A DNA stretch of 64,000 bases from Pseudobdellovibrionaceae bacterium (GCA_039810425.1 JBDHWW010000004.1:56410-120409); one strand, 5' to 3'; positions 20,801 through 34,214 are shown, counted from the first letter of the stretch. Made by a program: numbers and translations. The notes: generated from the sequence alone by a model not told the origin.

Positions 20801-22056
20801 TCCGCGATATTTTGGTGGGTAAAGTCACTACGGGCGTTCTTTTGAACGAAGATGGTAGTCAAAAATTATTAAACAAAGGTCAAAACCTAACAGAGGCGGA
20901 CCTAGAAACTATTCCATTTGAGCTCTTGAGCTATATTCCTCTCGAGCAAGATCTTGAGTTCCAAGTGAATAAGATCATCGATGGCGCCCGCAACCAATTG
21001 GATGCTGTTAAGTTGGTATTCAATGAGAAGATCGAGCGTCTCCGTAAAGGTGACGAGCTTCCTCCAGGCGTTATCAAAATGGTTAAAGTTTACGTTGCGA
21101 TTAAACGTAAACTTCAAGTTGGTGATAAGTTCGCCGGCCGCCACGGTAATAAGGGTGTTGTCTCTAAAGTATTGCCTTTGGAAGACATGCCTTACTTGGC
21201 AGATGGTACTCCAGTAGACATGGTTTTGAATCCATTGGGCGTTCCTTCGCGTATGAATATCGGACAAATCTTGGAAGTTCACTTGGGTTGGGCGGCTCGT
21301 AATTTGGGTACTCAGCTTTCAGCGTACATCCAAAACTTCAAGTCTGATGAAGCACGTAAAGCCATGAAAGATGTGTTCAGTGACTCGGATATCTCTGCAA
21401 AAATTGATAAAGCAGATGACGATTCATTGAGGCAAATGCTCGTAAAAATGAAAGACGGTGTGCATGTTGGTACGCCTGTATTTGATGGCGCTCGTGAAAA
21501 AGACGTGAAGGGCTTGTTGGCAAAAGCAGCTCTTCCTGAGCGCGCACAAGCTATTCTCTTTGACGGTCGTTCTGGTGAACCATTCACGAACCCTGTCACA
21601 GTGGGCATCATGTACATGCTGAAACTGCATCACTTGGTAGAAGAAAAGATCCATGCTCGTTCCATTGGACCTTACTCACTCGTTTCCCAACAACCACTGG
21701 GCGGTAAAGCACAGTTTGGTGGTCAGCGTCTCGGGGAGATGGAGGTTTGGGCGATCGAAGCATACGGTGCAGCTTATTCATTGCAAGAGTTCCTCACTGT
21801 TAAGTCAGATGACGTGGCGGGAAGAACACGCATGTATGAAAGTATCGTGAAGGGTGAAAACATCCTCGAGCCAGGCTTGCCTGAATCGTTCAACGTATTG
21901 GTGAAAGAGCTGCAGTCTCTGGCATTGAATGTTGAGTTGATGGAATCCGATATCTTGAGAGATCAAGACGAAGATTCTGAAGAGGCTGAAATGGAAGAGG
22001 TGATTGCGGCTCCGGATATTCCGACTTCGGAAAAACCGGGCAGCAATCAACATTAG
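17842..22056 (+). CDS. rpoB: RNA polymerase beta subunit
   Basis: [45 protein letters not shown]. Confidence 0.99.
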   Translation: MDKTPITASNLRIRKSFAQNKQVIDIPNLIELQKSSYEAFLQKDTDPDRRGEAGLNGVFKSVFPISDFNNTASLEFVSYTLEPAKYDVDECRQRGMTFAAPIKVTLRLIVFDVDEETEARSIRDVKEQEVYLGEIPLMTANGSFIINGTERVVVSQLHRSPGVFFDHDGGKNATSGKLIYSARVIPYRGSWLDAEFDQKDLIHVRIDRRRKFPVTILLKALGYNTEKLLEYFYDLDEVYVKSGKLYRKLDIERMSGQRAIADIVDPKTGEALVKAGRRITRAVVKKIKDINLTEVDVNPEDLDGKVLAKPLIDESTGEIIADANAELSASLIKKAVALGIDRFFMIFFDGLTVGPYLRNTLLVDKVNNKDESLIEIYKRLRPGEPPTLEAATAFFQRLFFDPETYDLSEVGRIKINHKFGISMEECPPEFRTLTHKDILSTIKTLIDLKNGRGVIDDIDHLGNRRVRSVGELLENQYRIGLVRMERAIRERMSLQDVETMMPHDLVNAKPVNAVVKEFFGSSQLSQFMDQTNPLSEITHKRRLSALGPGGLTRDRAGFEVRDVHPTHYGRICPIETPEGPNIGLISSLATYARINNYGFIETPYRKVESGKISSSINYLSALEEAGHYIAPAARDEAGHKEIQTPTTITRRDGEYEIVDKEKVGLMDVSPSQLVSIAASLIPFLEHDDANRALMGSNMQRQAVPLLRSRAPLVGTGVERLVARDSGTSVVALNDGIVEEVDASRIVIRRFAKGGELGANVDIYNLTKYQRTNTNTCFNQKPIVKVGDRISKSDILADGPATELGELALGQNILVAFTPWMGYNFEDSILISERLLKEDVYTSIHIEEFECVARDTKLGKEEITRDIANVGEEALKDLDTSGIIRIGAEVRPGYILVGKVTPKGETQLSPEEKLLRAIFGEKAGDVRDTSLRAPSGVYGTVIDAQVYSREGADRDERLSSIIEEKKRKLEKDLAVEQNVIKNNAISKLRDILVGKVTTGVLLNEDGSQKLLNKGQNLTEADLETIPFELLSYIPLEQDLEFQVNKIIDGARNQLDAVKLVFNEKIERLRKGDELPPGVIKMVKVYVAIKRKLQVGDKFAGRHGNKGVVSKVLPLEDMPYLADGTPVDMVLNPLGVPSRMNIGQILEVHLGWAARNLGTQLSAYIQNFKSDEARKAMKDVFSDSDISAKIDKADDDSLRQMLVKMKDGVHVGTPVFDGAREKDVKGLLAKAALPERAQAILFDGRSGEPFTNPVTVGIMYMLKLHHLVEEKIHARSIGPYSLVSQQPLGGKAQFGGQRLGEMEVWAIEAYGAAYSLQEFLTVKSDDVAGRTRMYESIVKGENILEPGLPESFNVLVKELQSLALNVELMESDILRDQDEDSEEAEMEEVIAAPDIPTSEKPGSNQH

Positions 22057-22097
22057 TAATTAATTTAATTAACAACAAGAAAATGTAGGGGTGAGCC

Positions 22098-25000
22098 TTG
22101 AGAGACTTGTTGAACTTTTTTGATAAACCGAAAGATCCACTTAGTTTTGACGCCGTCAGAGTATCTCTGGCGTCGCCAGAAATGATCCGTGACTGGTCAT
22201 TTGGTGAGGTAAAAAAACCTGAGACAATCAACTATCGTACTTTCAAACCTGAGCGTGATGGTTTGTTCTGTGCAAAGATTTTCGGTCCTATTAAGGATTA
22301 CGAATGCTTGTGCGGTAAGTACAAACGTATGAAATATCGTGGAGTGATCTGCGAGAAGTGTGGCGTTGAAGTTACGCAAACTAAAGTTCGTCGTGAAAGG
22401 CTTGGCCATATTGAGTTGGCAACTCCTGTTGCTCACATCTGGTTCTTGCGTTCGCTTCCTTCTCGCATCGGCAACTTGCTCAATCTTTCTTTGAAAGACG
22501 TTGAGAAAGTTTTGTACTGCGAGGCTTACGTCGTTATCGACCCAATGGAAACGACTCTTGAAGAGGGCGCGGTTCTTTCGGAAGAGGCTTACCAAGGCGC
22601 TCTGAACGAATTCGGTCCTACTTTTAAAGCGGGCATGGGCGGTGAAGCTGTTCGTGAACTTTTGAGAAAGATCGATCCTGAATACTTATCTCGTAAACTC
22701 CGCATGGAGATCAAAGAGACTAAGTCTGAGGCTCAAATTAAAAAATTGTCTAAGCGTTTGAAAGTTGTAGAGGCTTTCAAAAACTCCATTAATAAAACTG
22801 AATGGATGATGTTGGAAGCGCTTCCGGTTCTTCCTCCGGATCTTCGTCCATTGGTTCCATTGGATGGCGGTCGCTTCGCGACTTCAGATCTGAATGATCT
22901 TTATCGGCGCGTAATTAACCGTAACAACCGTTTGAAACGTCTTCAAGAGCTGAACGCTCCAGACATCATCATCCGCAATGAAAAACGCATGCTTCAAGAA
23001 GCTGTGGATGCATTGTTGGATAATGGTCGTCGCGGTAAGACTTTCACCGGCCCAAACAAACGTCCTCTTCGCTCACTTTCTGACATGCTCAAAGGTAAGC
23101 AAGGTCGTTTCCGTCAAAATCTTCTTGGTAAGCGCGTAGACTACTCTGGTCGTTCTGTGATCGTAGTAGGCCCTACTTTGAAGCTTCACCAATGTGGTCT
23201 TCCTAAGGCTATGGCTCTCGAGTTGTTCAAACCTTTCGTGTATAACAAGCTCGAAGAAAAAGGTTTTGCGACAACAATTAAGCAAGCTAAGAAAATCGTA
23301 GATCAGCAAGCAGTTGAGGTTTGGGATATCCTTTCTGACGTGGTTAAAGAGCATCCGGTTCTTTTGAATCGTGCTCCCACTCTGCACAGACTTGGTATCC
23401 AAGCTTTTGAACCGGTATTGCACGAAGGTAAAGCGATCCAATTGCATCCGCTCGTTTGTACGGCGTTTAACGCCGACTTTGACGGTGATCAAATGGCTGT
23501 TCACGTTCCGTTGTCAGTAGAAGCGCAAGTAGAGGCTCGCGTTTTGATGATGTCTACAAATAATATCCTTTCTCCAGCGTCTGGTAAGCCAATCATCAAT
23601 CCGTCTCAAGATATTATCTTGGGCATGTACTGGTTGACTCGTGTACGTCCTGGCGCGAAGGGTACCGGCAAAATATTCTCTAGCGTTTCTGAAGCTCAAT
23701 ACGCTTACGAGACTGGCTTGGTGGATTTGCAAGCTCTTTGTAAAGTTCGTATCAACGGTAAACTCGAAGAGACTTCAGTTGGCCGCGCGATCTTGTCTGA
23801 CTCTGTTCCTCGCGAAGTTCCTTTCAACGAAGTGAATCTGGTGATGAATAAGAAGCAAATCGCCGCCCTGATTGATAAAACATTCCGTGTTGCCGGCGCA
23901 AAAGCGACTTGCATCCTTGCGGATAAGATCATGGAACTCGGTTTCAAGTATTCTACAGCAGCAGGTATGTCGATTTGTATCGATGACATGGTTATTCCAG
24001 CCGCTAAGGCGACTTTGATTGCTGACGCAGAAAAGCAAGTGACTGAGATCCAGCAACAGTACGACGAAGGCTTGATCACAGATGGTGAGCGCTACAATAA
24101 AGTAGTGGATATCTGGGCACAAACTGCAGACCGCGTTGCTAAAGAAGGTATGACTGCGATCGAGAAACAGAAATTTGTTATCGATGGCAAAGAGACTGTT
24201 GGTCCGTCATTCAACCCAATCTTCATCATGGCTGACTCTGGAGCCCGCGGTTCCGCGAATCAGATCCGTCAGTTGGGTGGTATGCGTGGTTTGATGGCGA
24301 AGCCTTCTGGTGAAATCATCGAAACACCGATCACTGCAAACTTCCGTGAAGGTTTGACAGTTATCCAGTACTTCATTTCTACACACGGTGCGCGTAAAGG
24401 TTTGGCCGATACGGCATTGAAGACCGCAAACTCAGGTTATTTGACCCGTCGTTTAGTTGACGTTGCTCAAGACGTTGTTGTCAGTGAAACAGATTGCGGT
24501 ACGACAGATGGCTTGGAAGTTACACCGCTTTACGAAGCCGGTGAAATCATTCAGCCAATCGGTGAGCGTCTCTTGGGACGTACAGCTTTGAAAGAAGTTT
24601 TGGATCCTTACACTAATAATGTTGTCATCCCTGCGAACCACGAATTTACAGAGAGCGATGTTAAGAAGGTGGAAGCTCTTGGTATTGATAAGGTAACGAT
24701 CCGTTCTGCCCTGACTTGCCAGTCGAACCGTGGTGTTTGTATCCGTTGTTACGGACGTGACTTGGCTCGTGGTGCGACTGTGAATATGGGTGAGACTGTC
24801 GGTATTATCGCTGCTCAATCCATCGGGGAGCCGGGCACTCAGTTAACGATGAGAACGTTCCACTTAGGTGGTGCCGCTTCTCGTGCGGTTGAACAATCTG
24901 TTCACACGACTCGTTACGATGGAACTATTAAGTTAACAAACGTTCATGCTGTGCCTAATCGTCAAGGTAAACTCACTGTTATGAATCGTAACGGCGAAGC

Positions 25001-26219
25001 TTTGGTAATCGATGAGGCAGGTCGTGAAAGAGAAAGATTTAAGCTTGTTTATGGCGCTGTCCTTAACTTCAAGGAGGGCGAAAAGGTTGTAAAAGGAGGT
25101 ACCGTTGCAGAATGGGATCCTTACTCCAACCCAATCATCGCCGAGTTGTCTGGTAAGATCGCTTACCAGGATATCGAAGAAGGCGCGACCATGACGGAGC
25201 AAGTGGATGCTGTAACAGGCTTCGCGACGAAGGTTATTACTGAAAGTAAATCTTCTGATGTGAAACCAACAGTATTCTTGACTGATGTTAATGGTAAACC
25301 AATGACATTGCCAGGCCGTGATATCCCTGCCCGTTATCTGATCCCTGTTGGGGCTCAGCTACTCGTTGCTGACGGACAAGAAGTTCACTCTGGTGATATG
25401 ATTGCGAAAATGCATCGTGAGACTTCCAAAACGAAGGATATCACGGGCGGTCTTCCACGCGTTGCCGAGTTGTTTGAGGCTCGTAAACCTAAAGAAGCTG
25501 CAATCATTTCTGAGATTGATGGTTACGTTACTTTCGGTAAGGACGTTAAAGGTAAACAACGCGTGATCGTGACTCCTGAAGTGGGTGAGCAAAAAGAATA
25601 TCTAATACCTAAAGGTAAGCACGTTGCCGTTCGTGAAGGCGAGTACGTAAGAGCTGGTGAGGCGCTTATGGATGGGCCTACAAACCCACACGATATCTTG
25701 GCGGTTCTTGGCGAAAAAGCGTTGTCTGCATATCTTGTGAATGAAATCCAAGAAGTTTACAGACTTCAGGGTGTCGGTATCAATGACAAGCACATCGAAG
25801 TGATTGTTCGCCAGATGCTCCGTAAAGTGGAAGTTCGTGACCCGGGTGATACGCGTTTCCTTGCAGGTGAACAGGTTGAAAAATATACCTTTGAGCAAGA
25901 GACAACTCGCGTTGCAAATGAGGGTGGCCAAACGGCGACTCATGCGCCATTGCTCCTCGGCATCACTAAAGTATCTTTGAGCACCGACAGCTGGATTTCT
26001 GCTGCTTCCTTCCAAGAGACTACAAAGGTTCTTACGGAAGCTGCTATTAACTCTAGAACGGACAACCTCAGAGGACTTAAAGAGAACATCATCATGGGTC
26101 GCTTGATCCCGGCCGGTACCGGTTTGACTTCTTACAAACGCTGGAAAGTGGTTGTAAAGGAGGATGAGGATGTTCCTTTCGTCTCTTTGCCGGGAATGTC
26201 GGCGACAGCAACGCCGTAG
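22098..26219 (+). CDS. rpoC: RNA polymerase beta' subunit
   Basis: [12 protein letters not shown] catalytic motif, N-terminal zinc finger; TTG start. Confidence 0.99.
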   Translation: MRDLLNFFDKPKDPLSFDAVRVSLASPEMIRDWSFGEVKKPETINYRTFKPERDGLFCAKIFGPIKDYECLCGKYKRMKYRGVICEKCGVEVTQTKVRRERLGHIELATPVAHIWFLRSLPSRIGNLLNLSLKDVEKVLYCEAYVVIDPMETTLEEGAVLSEEAYQGALNEFGPTFKAGMGGEAVRELLRKIDPEYLSRKLRMEIKETKSEAQIKKLSKRLKVVEAFKNSINKTEWMMLEALPVLPPDLRPLVPLDGGRFATSDLNDLYRRVINRNNRLKRLQELNAPDIIIRNEKRMLQEAVDALLDNGRRGKTFTGPNKRPLRSLSDMLKGKQGRFRQNLLGKRVDYSGRSVIVVGPTLKLHQCGLPKAMALELFKPFVYNKLEEKGFATTIKQAKKIVDQQAVEVWDILSDVVKEHPVLLNRAPTLHRLGIQAFEPVLHEGKAIQLHPLVCTAFNADFDGDQMAVHVPLSVEAQVEARVLMMSTNNILSPASGKPIINPSQDIILGMYWLTRVRPGAKGTGKIFSSVSEAQYAYETGLVDLQALCKVRINGKLEETSVGRAILSDSVPREVPFNEVNLVMNKKQIAALIDKTFRVAGAKATCILADKIMELGFKYSTAAGMSICIDDMVIPAAKATLIADAEKQVTEIQQQYDEGLITDGERYNKVVDIWAQTADRVAKEGMTAIEKQKFVIDGKETVGPSFNPIFIMADSGARGSANQIRQLGGMRGLMAKPSGEIIETPITANFREGLTVIQYFISTHGARKGLADTALKTANSGYLTRRLVDVAQDVVVSETDCGTTDGLEVTPLYEAGEIIQPIGERLLGRTALKEVLDPYTNNVVIPANHEFTESDVKKVEALGIDKVTIRSALTCQSNRGVCIRCYGRDLARGATVNMGETVGIIAAQSIGEPGTQLTMRTFHLGGAASRAVEQSVHTTRYDGTIKLTNVHAVPNRQGKLTVMNRNGEALVIDEAGRERERFKLVYGAVLNFKEGEKVVKGGTVAEWDPYSNPIIAELSGKIAYQDIEEGATMTEQVDAVTGFATKVITESKSSDVKPTVFLTDVNGKPMTLPGRDIPARYLIPVGAQLLVADGQEVHSGDMIAKMHRETSKTKDITGGLPRVAELFEARKPKEAAIISEIDGYVTFGKDVKGKQRVIVTPEVGEQKEYLIPKGKHVAVREGEYVRAGEALMDGPTNPHDILAVLGEKALSAYLVNEIQEVYRLQGVGINDKHIEVIVRQMLRKVEVRDPGDTRFLAGEQVEKYTFEQETTRVANEGGQTATHAPLLLGITKVSLSTDSWISAASFQETTKVLTEAAINSRTDNLRGLKENIIMGRLIPAGTGLTSYKRWKVVVKEDEDVPFVSLPGMSATATP

Positions 26220-26289
26220 TAAGCGTGTAATTATTAGAGGGTGGGGAACTGAAGTCAGCTCCCTGTATACAAAATTTATAAACTAGGGC

Positions 26290-26318
26290 TTGACCCGCCT
26301 AAGAACGAGGGTTAGGTT
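26290..26318 (+). promoter_or_regulatory. Putative str operon promoter
   Basis: TTGACC-17 nt-TAGGTT upstream of rpsL. Confidence 0.45.
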
Positions 26319-26361
26319 CCTGCATCCGTACATTGGGAATAATTGTTATAAGGGGTTCGAA

Positions 26362-26736
26362 GTGCCTACAATTAATCAGCTCATCAAAAGTGAGCGTATT
26401 GTTCAAAAAAACCAAACTAAGTCACCAGCTTTGACTTCTTGTCCTCAGCGTCGTGGAGTTTGCACTCGCGTGTACACTACGACTCCAAAGAAGCCAAACT
26501 CAGCTTTGCGTAAAGTTGCCCGTGTTAGATTGTCTAACGGCTATGAAGTGACTTCTTACATTCCTGGAATTGGTCATAACCTCCAAGAGCACAGCGTTGT
26601 TTTGATTCGCGGTGGTCGTGTGAAGGACTTACCAGGTGTTCGTTATCACATTATTCGCGGTGTATTGGATCTTCAAGGTGTTAACGGACGTCTTCGTGGA
26701 CGTTCTAAGTACGGCACCAAGAGACCTAAGAAATAG
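26362..26736 (+). CDS. rpsL: 30S ribosomal protein S12
   Basis: GTG start at [29 protein letters not shown]. Confidence 0.99.
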   Translation: MPTINQLIKSERIVQKNQTKSPALTSCPQRRGVCTRVYTTTPKKPNSALRKVARVRLSNGYEVTSYIPGIGHNLQEHSVVLIRGGRVKDLPGVRYHIIRGVLDLQGVNGRLRGRSKYGTKRPKK

Positions 26737-26755
26737 TCATTAAGAGGTTATAGAA

Positions 26756-27229
26756 ATGTCACGTCGTAAAAAGACCTTTAAAAGAGAAATTATTCCAGAT
26801 CCAGTTTTCAAAGATCTCGTTGTTGCGAAATTCGTTAACAAAATGATGATCCAAGGTAAAAAAGGCACTGCCCAAGCGCTTTTCTACGGAGCTCTTGACG
26901 AACTCAAGGGAAAAGTACCAAACGAAGAGCCTATCTCTATCTTGAAAAAAGCTATCGAAAACGTGAAGCCTTCTATTGAGGTTCGTTCACGCCGTGTTGG
27001 TGGAGCGACTTACCAGGTTCCTGTCGATGTTCGTCCTTCACGTCGCCTTGCTTTGGCTATGCGTTGGCTGATCGCATACTCTCGCGAGCGCGGTGAGAAG
27101 GACTTCTCTAAGCGCCTTGCTGGTGAATTGATGGATGCTTTCAATAATCGTGGTAACTCCATTAAGAAAAAAGATGACGTCCACAGAATGGCTGAGGCCA
27201 ACAAGGCGTTTTCTCACTACAACTGGTAG
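26756..27229 (+). CDS. rpsG: 30S ribosomal protein S7
   Basis: [25 protein letters not shown]. Confidence 0.99.
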   Translation: MSRRKKTFKREIIPDPVFKDLVVAKFVNKMMIQGKKGTAQALFYGALDELKGKVPNEEPISILKKAIENVKPSIEVRSRRVGGATYQVPVDVRPSRRLALAMRWLIAYSRERGEKDFSKRLAGELMDAFNNRGNSIKKKDDVHRMAEANKAFSHYNW

Positions 27230-27238
27230 TCCTTCCTA

Positions 27239-29344
27239 ATGTCAGCGAAAGATCCCAAAATTGTAGCTGATTTAAAGTACACTCGTAATATCGGCATCAT
27301 GGCTCACATCGATGCCGGTAAGACGACCACCACCGAGCGAATTCTCTACTATACAGGTAAAAGTCATAAAATTGGAGAGGTCCATGATGGCGCTGCCACA
27401 ATGGACTGGATGGTTCAGGAGCAAGAACGTGGTATCACGATCACTTCTGCGGCTACGATGTGCTTTTGGAAGGATTATCGAGTTAATATCATCGATACAC
27501 CGGGGCACGTGGATTTTACGATCGAAGTTGAGCGTTCTTTGCGTGTTCTCGATGGTGCAGTGGCTGTATTCGATGGGGTGAATGGGGTTGAGCCACAGTC
27601 TGAAACTGTCTGGCGTCAGGCTGATAAGTACCATGTTCCCCGTATTTGCTTTGTCAATAAAATGGACCGCGTGGGTGCTGACTTTGTGATGAGTTTAGAC
27701 TCGATCAAGGGGAAGCTCGGCGCAAATCCAATTGCCGTACAGGTTCCCGTTGGAATCGAAGACTCTTTCCGTGGAGTTGTCGATCTTCTCGAAAATAAGG
27801 CCTATGTCTGGGATACTGGTGGTAAAGATGAAGCCTTCAAAACAATCGATATTCCCGAGGACATGAAGACGGAGGTAGATAAATACCGCGTAGAAGTCAT
27901 CGAAAAAATCGTAGAGTTTGAAGATGCTCTTTTAGAGAAATATCTCAACGGGGAAGATGTCTCTGTCTCCGAATTAAAACAAGCTCTCAGGAAAGGAACT
28001 CTTGCTTTGAAAGCAGTTCCTGTCTTCTGTGGTGCTGCCTTCAAAAATAAAGGTGTTCAGCCTTTGTTGGATGGCGTGATTGATTATCTTCCATCTCCTC
28101 TGGATATTCCCGCGATCGAAGGCCATGATCCTGAAAAGCCGGATAAGAAAATCATTTGTAAAACTGACTTTGATGCGCACACAGCGGCCCTTGCGTTTAA
28201 ACTTGCAAACGATCCATTCGCGGGCACTCTCACTTATGTGCGCGTGTACTCCGGTGAAATCAAGATCGGTGATCAGCTTTTGAATCCGCGTACTGAAAAG
28301 AAAGAGCGCATTCAAAAGCTTGTTAAGCTCCATGCAAACTCTCGCGAAGAAATTCAATCCATTAAAGCTGGTGATATCGGGGCTGTTGTTGGTTTGAAGT
28401 TCACTGCGACCGGGGACACTCTTTGCGTGTCTTCTCATCCGGTTGTTTTGGAGTCTATCACTTTCCCTGAGCCGGTTATTTCCGTCGCTATCGAAGCGAA
28501 GTCTTCGGCAGATCAGGAAAAGATGCTTCAGGGCTTGGCGAAACTCGAGAAGGAGGATCCTTCTTGTAAGCTCAAAACCGACCCAGAGACTGGACAGATT
28601 CTGTTGTCCGGTATGGGTGAGTTGCATTTGGAAATCCTTGTGGATAGGCTTTTGCGTGAATACAAAGTTCAGGCAAACGTAGGTAAACCACAGGTTTCCT
28701 ATCGTGAAACTATCACGTCGGCAACGACTGTTGATTATGTTTACGAGCGCCAATTGGGCGGCGAAGAGCACTTTGCCCAGGTTCGCCTTAAAATCGAGCC
28801 AATTCCATTGGCTGACGGTGTTCAGTTCCTTACGAAGGTTCAGCCGTCTTCGTTGATCCAACCAGGCTACATTAAGTCCGTAGAAAATGGCTTTAAGGAG
28901 TCCGCGGAAGTGGGGCCTCTGGCGAGCTATTCAATGATCGGCATCAAGGGCACTCTTGAGAGTATCGAGGCCCGTCAGGAGTCCTCAAATGAAATCGCCT
29001 TCAAGGCAGCAGCATCCCTGGCTTTCCGTGAGGCTGTTAAAAAGGTTGGGACGGAGCTTTTGGAGCCTATCTTTAAGGTGGAAATTACATGTCCCGACGA
29101 TTTCGTGGGCAATGTTGTTGGGGATTTAAACTCTCGCCGTGGAAAAATTCTTTCTATGAACGTAAAGACTGGCGGGGGACAAATCATTTCGGCCGAGGCG
29201 CCGCTTGCGAGTCTATTCGGTTATGCAACCGATATTCGCAGTTTAAGCCAGGGTCGTGCGAGTTTCAGTTCTGAGTTTTTGGCGTACGCAATTGTGCCTC
29301 AAAAAGTGAAGACTGAAATTTTGACAAAGCTAGGTCGATTTTAG
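27239..29344 (+). CDS. fusA: Elongation factor G (divergent domain IV)
   Basis: [43 protein letters not shown]; str operon position. Confidence 0.95.
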   Translation: MSAKDPKIVADLKYTRNIGIMAHIDAGKTTTTERILYYTGKSHKIGEVHDGAATMDWMVQEQERGITITSAATMCFWKDYRVNIIDTPGHVDFTIEVERSLRVLDGAVAVFDGVNGVEPQSETVWRQADKYHVPRICFVNKMDRVGADFVMSLDSIKGKLGANPIAVQVPVGIEDSFRGVVDLLENKAYVWDTGGKDEAFKTIDIPEDMKTEVDKYRVEVIEKIVEFEDALLEKYLNGEDVSVSELKQALRKGTLALKAVPVFCGAAFKNKGVQPLLDGVIDYLPSPLDIPAIEGHDPEKPDKKIICKTDFDAHTAALAFKLANDPFAGTLTYVRVYSGEIKIGDQLLNPRTEKKERIQKLVKLHANSREEIQSIKAGDIGAVVGLKFTATGDTLCVSSHPVVLESITFPEPVISVAIEAKSSADQEKMLQGLAKLEKEDPSCKLKTDPETGQILLSGMGELHLEILVDRLLREYKVQANVGKPQVSYRETITSATTVDYVYERQLGGEEHFAQVRLKIEPIPLADGVQFLTKVQPSSLIQPGYIKSVENGFKESAEVGPLASYSMIGIKGTLESIEARQESSNEIAFKAAASLAFREAVKKVGTELLEPIFKVEITCPDDFVGNVVGDLNSRRGKILSMNVKTGGGQIISAEAPLASLFGYATDIRSLSQGRASFSSEFLAYAIVPQKVKTEILTKLGRF

Positions 29345-29366
29345 TTAATTTTTTTTCGATTTGCCT

Positions 29367-29396
29367 TTGACATTATTTGTTTCATCGGTGCATACT
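29367..29396 (+). promoter_or_regulatory. Putative S10 operon promoter
   Basis: TTGACA-18 nt-CATACT followed by GC-rich CGCGC. Confidence 0.55.
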
Positions 29397-29555
29397 CGCG
29401 CACCTGTACACCTAAGTTTACAAAAAACTCTCTGAATCAGGGTATTTCCAGGGCCGCAAAGGCCCACCAGAGGCGGTTTTCGATGGGACGGAGGTGCGTA
29501 TGTTAACCAGATTTTACTAGTATTTACGATACTTTAACAAAAAGAAGAGTGTCCT

Positions 29556-29873
29556 ATGCAAAGTCAGAAAATCAGAATTCGGTTGAAGGCTTTCGACCAT
29601 AAACTTTTAGACCAATCTACGAAAGAAATCGTAGAAACGGCTCGCCGTACTGGTGCAAAAGTTGCCGGTCCAATTCCCTTGCCAACTCGCATTAACCGTT
29701 ATACAGTCCTGCGCTCGCCGCACGTTGACAAAAAATCACGTGAGCAATTTGAAGTAAGAACGCATAAGCGCATGCTGGATATTTTAGAACCAACACAGCA
29801 AACTGTCGATCAGCTCATGAAACTCGACCTCTCTGCTGGCGTAGATGTTGAAATTAAACTGTCAGCGATCTGA
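29556..29873 (+). CDS. rpsJ: 30S ribosomal protein S10
   Basis: [32 protein letters not shown]. Confidence 0.99.
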   Translation: MQSQKIRIRLKAFDHKLLDQSTKEIVETARRTGAKVAGPIPLPTRINRYTVLRSPHVDKKSREQFEVRTHKRMLDILEPTQQTVDQLMKLDLSAGVDVEIKLSAI

Positions 29874-29885
29874 TAGGAGTAAGTC

Positions 29886-30560
29886 GTGAGCGAAGCTACA
29901 AATACAACAGAAAATACGACCTCTGCGCAAGGACTGAAGCTTAACGGCCTCTTCGCGTTCAAAGAAGGTATGTCTACAATTTTCAATGACCAAGGTGAAG
30001 CTGTTCCGGTAACGGTTCTTCGTTATGAGCCTTGGATTATTTCTCAAATCAAAACAAGTGACAAAGATGGTTACGAAGCTGTTCAGGTTGCTTGCCAGCC
30101 TAAAAAAGCTAAGAACTCAAACAAGTCTGAAAAGGGTCACTTGGCTAAAGCTGGTTTCGAGAACGGTGCTCAGTTCGTAAAAGAACTTCGTCAAGCTCTC
30201 CCTGAGGGGGCAGCTCTTGGTGCGCAAGTTTCTATCGAGAGCCTTTCTAAAGGTGATTTCGTAAAAATCACTTCTAAATCAAAAGGTAAAGGTTTCGCTG
30301 GTTCTGTGAAGCGTTGGAATTTTGCAGGTGGTCCTGCTACCCACGGTTCCCACTTCCACCGTCGTCCGGGTTCTTCTGGTAACAGAACATGGCCAGGCCG
30401 TGTAATGCCAGGTAAGAAGTTCCCAGGTCATTTGGGTAACGAAACAGTAACTGTAAGAAACGTTGAAGTTGTTGAAATCAACACCACGGAAAACGTTGTT
30501 TTGGTAAAAGGACCAGTTCCTGGCGCACGAAACACTCTAGTGAAATTGGTGAGAGAATAG
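29886..30560 (+). CDS. rplC: 50S ribosomal protein L3
   Basis: DGYEAVQ, SKGKGFAGSVKRWNF, VKGPVPG. Confidence 0.98.
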   Translation: MSEATNTTENTTSAQGLKLNGLFAFKEGMSTIFNDQGEAVPVTVLRYEPWIISQIKTSDKDGYEAVQVACQPKKAKNSNKSEKGHLAKAGFENGAQFVKELRQALPEGAALGAQVSIESLSKGDFVKITSKSKGKGFAGSVKRWNFAGGPATHGSHFHRRPGSSGNRTWPGRVMPGKKFPGHLGNETVTVRNVEVVEINTTENVVLVKGPVPGARNTLVKLVRE

Positions 30561-30562
30561 TT

Positions 30563-31192
30563 ATGGCAGTAGTTAACGTTCTTAATTGGAAAAAAGAAAA
30601 AGTTGGTCAAGTTGAATTGGCTGCGAATGTTTTCGAAGCTCCTATTAAAAAGGAAGTTTTACACAACGTAGTTCATTGGCAATTGGCTAGTCGTCGTCAA
30701 GGTACTCACATGACTAAAACAAAAGGTCTCGTGAGCGGTGGTGGTAAAAAGCCATTCAAGCAAAAAGGAACTGGTGGAGCTCGTCAAGGTTCTAGTCGCT
30801 CTCCTTTGATGCCTGGTGGCGGTACTATGTTTGGTCCTCAACCACGTAGCTACGCTTATGTGCTTCCTAAAAAAGTACGTCGCTTAGGTCTCAGCATGGC
30901 TCTTTCTCACTTACACAGTGAAGGTAAGCTCTTCGTTGTTGAGAACATGAAGTCTGAAGGTAAAACGAACGAACTCGAAAAGCGTTTGAAGTCTTTCGGT
31001 TTGAATAAAGCCGTTTTGATCGATGCTAATGTTGATGAGAACTTCAGCCGTGCAAGCCGCAACTTAAATGCATTCAAATACTTCCCAGTGGAAGGTTTGA
31101 ACGTGTTTGATCTATTGAAATACGATGCTGCTGTTATCACTAAAGACTCAGTAGCAAAAATCATCGACAGATGTTCATTGGAGAATGCGTAA
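30563..31192 (+). CDS. rplD: 50S ribosomal protein L4
   Basis: RQGTHMTKT, GGGKKPFKQKGTGGARQGS. Confidence 0.98.
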   Translation: MAVVNVLNWKKEKVGQVELAANVFEAPIKKEVLHNVVHWQLASRRQGTHMTKTKGLVSGGGKKPFKQKGTGGARQGSSRSPLMPGGGTMFGPQPRSYAYVLPKKVRRLGLSMALSHLHSEGKLFVVENMKSEGKTNELEKRLKSFGLNKAVLIDANVDENFSRASRNLNAFKYFPVEGLNVFDLLKYDAAVITKDSVAKIIDRCSLENA

Positions 31193-31470
31193 TGAAACAA
31201 GTCATTAAAGCACCTCTCATTACTGAGAAGAACACATACCACAACGCTGCGGGCGTTTATGTTTTTGAAGTTGATTTGAAATCTTCTAAAACAGAAATCA
31301 AAGCTGCTGTGGAAAAGAATTTTAAAGTTAAAGTTGATAGCATCAGAACTAGCGTTTGCAGAGGTCACTCTAAAAACACTAAATTTGGCGCAACAAAGGT
31401 TCCTTACTGGAAGAAGGCTTACGTTAGGCTGAATGCTGGTGAGAAAATCGCGTTGTTTGAGGGAGTATAG
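31192..31470 (+). CDS. rplW: 50S ribosomal protein L23
   Basis: [26 protein letters not shown] overlaps the rplD stop. Confidence 0.97.
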   Translation: MKQVIKAPLITEKNTYHNAAGVYVFEVDLKSSKTEIKAAVEKNFKVKVDSIRTSVCRGHSKNTKFGATKVPYWKKAYVRLNAGEKIALFEGV

Positions 31471-31472
31471 AG

Positions 31473-32291
31473 ATGGGGATCAAGACGTTTAGCCCACGCT
31501 CTGATGGCAGAAGAGGAATGACTGGTTTCGACTTCAAAGAGATCACAAAAACATCTCCAGAGAAATCGCTTACAGCTCCTTTGAGCAAAAAAGCCGCTCG
31601 TAATAACCATGGTCAAATCACCATGAGACATATCGGTGGCGGTCATAAAAGAAAATATCGTTTGATTGATTTCAAACGTGAAAAACTTGAAGTACCAGCA
31701 AAAGTTGTTGCGATCGAGTATGATCCAAACAGAACTTGCCGTATCGCTTTAATTTCATATGCTGACGGGGCAAAGGCTTATATCTTGGCTCCAATTGGTT
31801 TGAATGTTGGTGACACTGTTGTGTCTAGCGATAAAGCGGATATCAAACCAGGGAACTCTTTGACTCTCGGTGCAATTCCTCTCGGTACAACTATCCACAA
31901 CATCGAGTTGCGTCCTGGTAAAGGTGGCCAAATCAGCCGCGGTGCTGGTGCAAGCGCAACTTTGGCGGGTAAAGGCGAGAAGTATTGCCAGGTCCGTCTT
32001 CCATCTGGAGAGTTGAAACAAGTTTTGACTGTTTGTCGCGCTTCAGTTGGTCAAGTGGGCAACACTGATAACGAAAACATATCTTTAGGTAAGGCTGGTC
32101 GCTCTCGTTGGAGGGGTATCCGTCCAGGTGTTCGCGGTATGGCAATGAATCCAGTTGATCATCCTCTCGGTGGTGGTGAAGGCGTGGGTAAAGGTCATCA
32201 TCCTGTAACTCCATGGGGCCAACCTTGTAAGGGATACAAGACTAGACATAATAAACGTACTGACTCTTCAATTGTTAAGAGACGCAAGTAG
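31473..32291 (+). CDS. rplB: 50S ribosomal protein L2
   Basis: [21 protein letters not shown]. Confidence 0.99.
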   Translation: MGIKTFSPRSDGRRGMTGFDFKEITKTSPEKSLTAPLSKKAARNNHGQITMRHIGGGHKRKYRLIDFKREKLEVPAKVVAIEYDPNRTCRIALISYADGAKAYILAPIGLNVGDTVVSSDKADIKPGNSLTLGAIPLGTTIHNIELRPGKGGQISRGAGASATLAGKGEKYCQVRLPSGELKQVLTVCRASVGQVGNTDNENISLGKAGRSRWRGIRPGVRGMAMNPVDHPLGGGEGVGKGHHPVTPWGQPCKGYKTRHNKRTDSSIVKRRK

Positions 32292-32301
32292 GGATTAAAA
32301 A

Positions 32302-32598
32302 ATGGCACGTTCAACGAAAAAAGGACCGTTCATCGACGATCATTTGCTTAAAAAGATCGACAATGCGATCCAAAAAAACGATAAAAAAGTTATTAAAACT
32401 TGGTCACGTCGCTCTACCATTCTTCCAGAAGCTTTAGGTCTTACCTTTGCTGTTCATAACGGAAGAAAGTTTGTCCCTGTCTACGTGACAGAGAACATGA
32501 TTGGTCACAAGTATGGTGAGTTTGCACCATCTAGAACCTTCCATGGTCACGCAGAGAAAAAAGCAGCTCCAGCAGCAGCTCCTGCGGCGAAGAAATAA
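32302..32598 (+). CDS. rpsS: 30S ribosomal protein S19
   Basis: [27 protein letters not shown]. Confidence 0.99.
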   Translation: MARSTKKGPFIDDHLLKKIDNAIQKNDKKVIKTWSRRSTILPEALGLTFAVHNGRKFVPVYVTENMIGHKYGEFAPSRTFHGHAEKKAAPAAAPAAKK

Positions 32599-32610
32599 TA
32601 AAGGTGATTT

Positions 32611-32943
32611 ATGGAAGTTAAAGCAAGTTTGAAATACGCAAGAGTAGGCGCACAAAAAGCAAGATTGGTTGCTGACGTAGTTCGTGGAAAAGATGTGAAC
32701 GAGGCTGTAAAGACTCTCACCTTCTTGAACAAGAAAACTGCTGGCCTCATTAAAAAGCTTATCGAGTCTGCGGTTGCAAATGCTGAATATAAAAAAGTTA
32801 TGGACGTAGACAATCTCTACGTTAAGTCAATCTGGGTTGACCAAGGACCTTCTCTGAAAAGATTCCGTCCTCGCGCTCAAGGTCGTGCTTATGGTATTCA
32901 AAAGAAAACCAGCCATATCAACGTAGTTCTCGAGGAGAAATAG
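32611..32943 (+). CDS. rplV: 50S ribosomal protein L22
   Basis: [25 protein letters not shown]. Confidence 0.99.
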   Translation: MEVKASLKYARVGAQKARLVADVVRGKDVNEAVKTLTFLNKKTAGLIKKLIESAVANAEYKKVMDVDNLYVKSIWVDQGPSLKRFRPRAQGRAYGIQKKTSHINVVLEEK

Positions 32944-32945
32944 TC

Positions 32946-33611
32946 GTGGGACAAAAGGTTAATCCAATTGGACTTAGAGTCGGAGTTATCAGAACTTGGG
33001 ATTCTCGTTGGTATGCAAAAGGCCAACAATACTATGAGAACCTCCACGAAGATATTCGTCTCAGAAAATATTTGAAAGCGAAATTGAAGCATGCGGGCGT
33101 TGCAAAAATCGAAATGGAACGCGCTGCTAAGAAAATTAAGATCATCATCTCTACAGCTCGTCCTGGTGTTGTTATCGGTAAAAAAGGCACAGGTATCGAC
33201 GCTCTTAAGGCTGATGTTCAAAAATTAACTCCAAACGAAGTTTTCTTGAGCATTCAAGAAGTTCGCAAGCCAGATTTGGATGCGCAATTGGTTGCTGAGA
33301 GCATCGCACTTCAACTTGAGAAACGTATCTCTTGGAGAAGAGCTTTGAAAAAATCAATTGCCGCTGCAATCAAAGGTGGCGTTAGAGGTATTAAAATCCG
33401 CGTTTCTGGCCGTCTCGATGGTGCAGAGATCGCTCGTTCTGAGTGGTACAATGAGAAGTCCGTTCCATTGCACACATTGAGAGCGGACATTGACTACGGT
33501 ACTGCGGAAGCATTGACTGCTTACGGTATCATCGGTCTTAAAGTATGGATCTATAAAGGCGACGTATTGAGCGCTCGTGAGGTTGAGGAGGCTGGCCGTG
33601 TTAAGTCCTAA
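32946..33611 (+). CDS. rpsC: 30S ribosomal protein S3
   Basis: [31 protein letters not shown]. Confidence 0.99.
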   Translation: MGQKVNPIGLRVGVIRTWDSRWYAKGQQYYENLHEDIRLRKYLKAKLKHAGVAKIEMERAAKKIKIIISTARPGVVIGKKGTGIDALKADVQKLTPNEVFLSIQEVRKPDLDAQLVAESIALQLEKRISWRRALKKSIAAAIKGGVRGIKIRVSGRLDGAEIARSEWYNEKSVPLHTLRADIDYGTAEALTAYGIIGLKVWIYKGDVLSAREVEEAGRVKS

Positions 33612-34005
33612 AAGAGTTAAATGGCGTAAGCAATTCGTAGGTCGCGCAACTGGTTTCGCGGTTCGTGGCGCTAACTTGGATTTCGGAGACTTTGGTCTTC
33701 AAGCAACAGAAGAGCACCGCATGACTGCACGTCAGCTTGAAGCAGCTCGTATTGCTATTTCAAGAAGCGTTAAGCGTGGTGGTAAAATCTGGTGCCGCGT
33801 TTTCCCTAACATCCCTGTAACTAAGAAGCCTGCTGAAACTCGTATGGGTAGTGGTAAAGGTAATCCTGAGTACTGGGTCGCTCGTATCTTGCCTGGAAAA
33901 GTTCTTTTTGAAATGAACGGTGTTACACGTGAGCAGGCGAAAGAAGCCTTTGAACGTGCAGCGCACAAACTTCCATTCAAAACTAGATTCTTGGCTCGGG
34001 AGTAA
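33598..34005 (+). CDS. rplP: 50S ribosomal protein L16
   Basis: GTG start at [23 protein letters not shown]. Confidence 0.98.
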   Translation: MLSPKRVKWRKQFVGRATGFAVRGANLDFGDFGLQATEEHRMTARQLEAARIAISRSVKRGGKIWCRVFPNIPVTKKPAETRMGSGKGNPEYWVARILPGKVLFEMNGVTREQAKEAFERAAHKLPFKTRFLARE

Positions 34006-34010
34006 CAGTC

Positions 34011-34202
34011 ATGAAATTTACTGAAATTAAAGATCTGTCTGTAGCAGAACTTAAAAAGAAAAGAGCAGGTTTGAGCGAAGAGCTCTTTCAAGCTCGTATT
34101 AAAAACACAATTGGCCAACTTTCGAGCCCAATTGAAATCAGAAACCTTCGCCGTGATATTGCTAAAATCAATACGGCTATTGTTAAAAAAGTAGCTCGGT
34201 AA
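34011..34202 (+). CDS. rpmC: 50S ribosomal protein L29
   Basis: [22 protein letters not shown]; operon position. Confidence 0.96.
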   Translation: MKFTEIKDLSVAELKKKRAGLSEELFQARIKNTIGQLSSPIEIRNLRRDIAKINTAIVKKVAR

Positions 34203-34214
34203 TTGAGGAAGACT

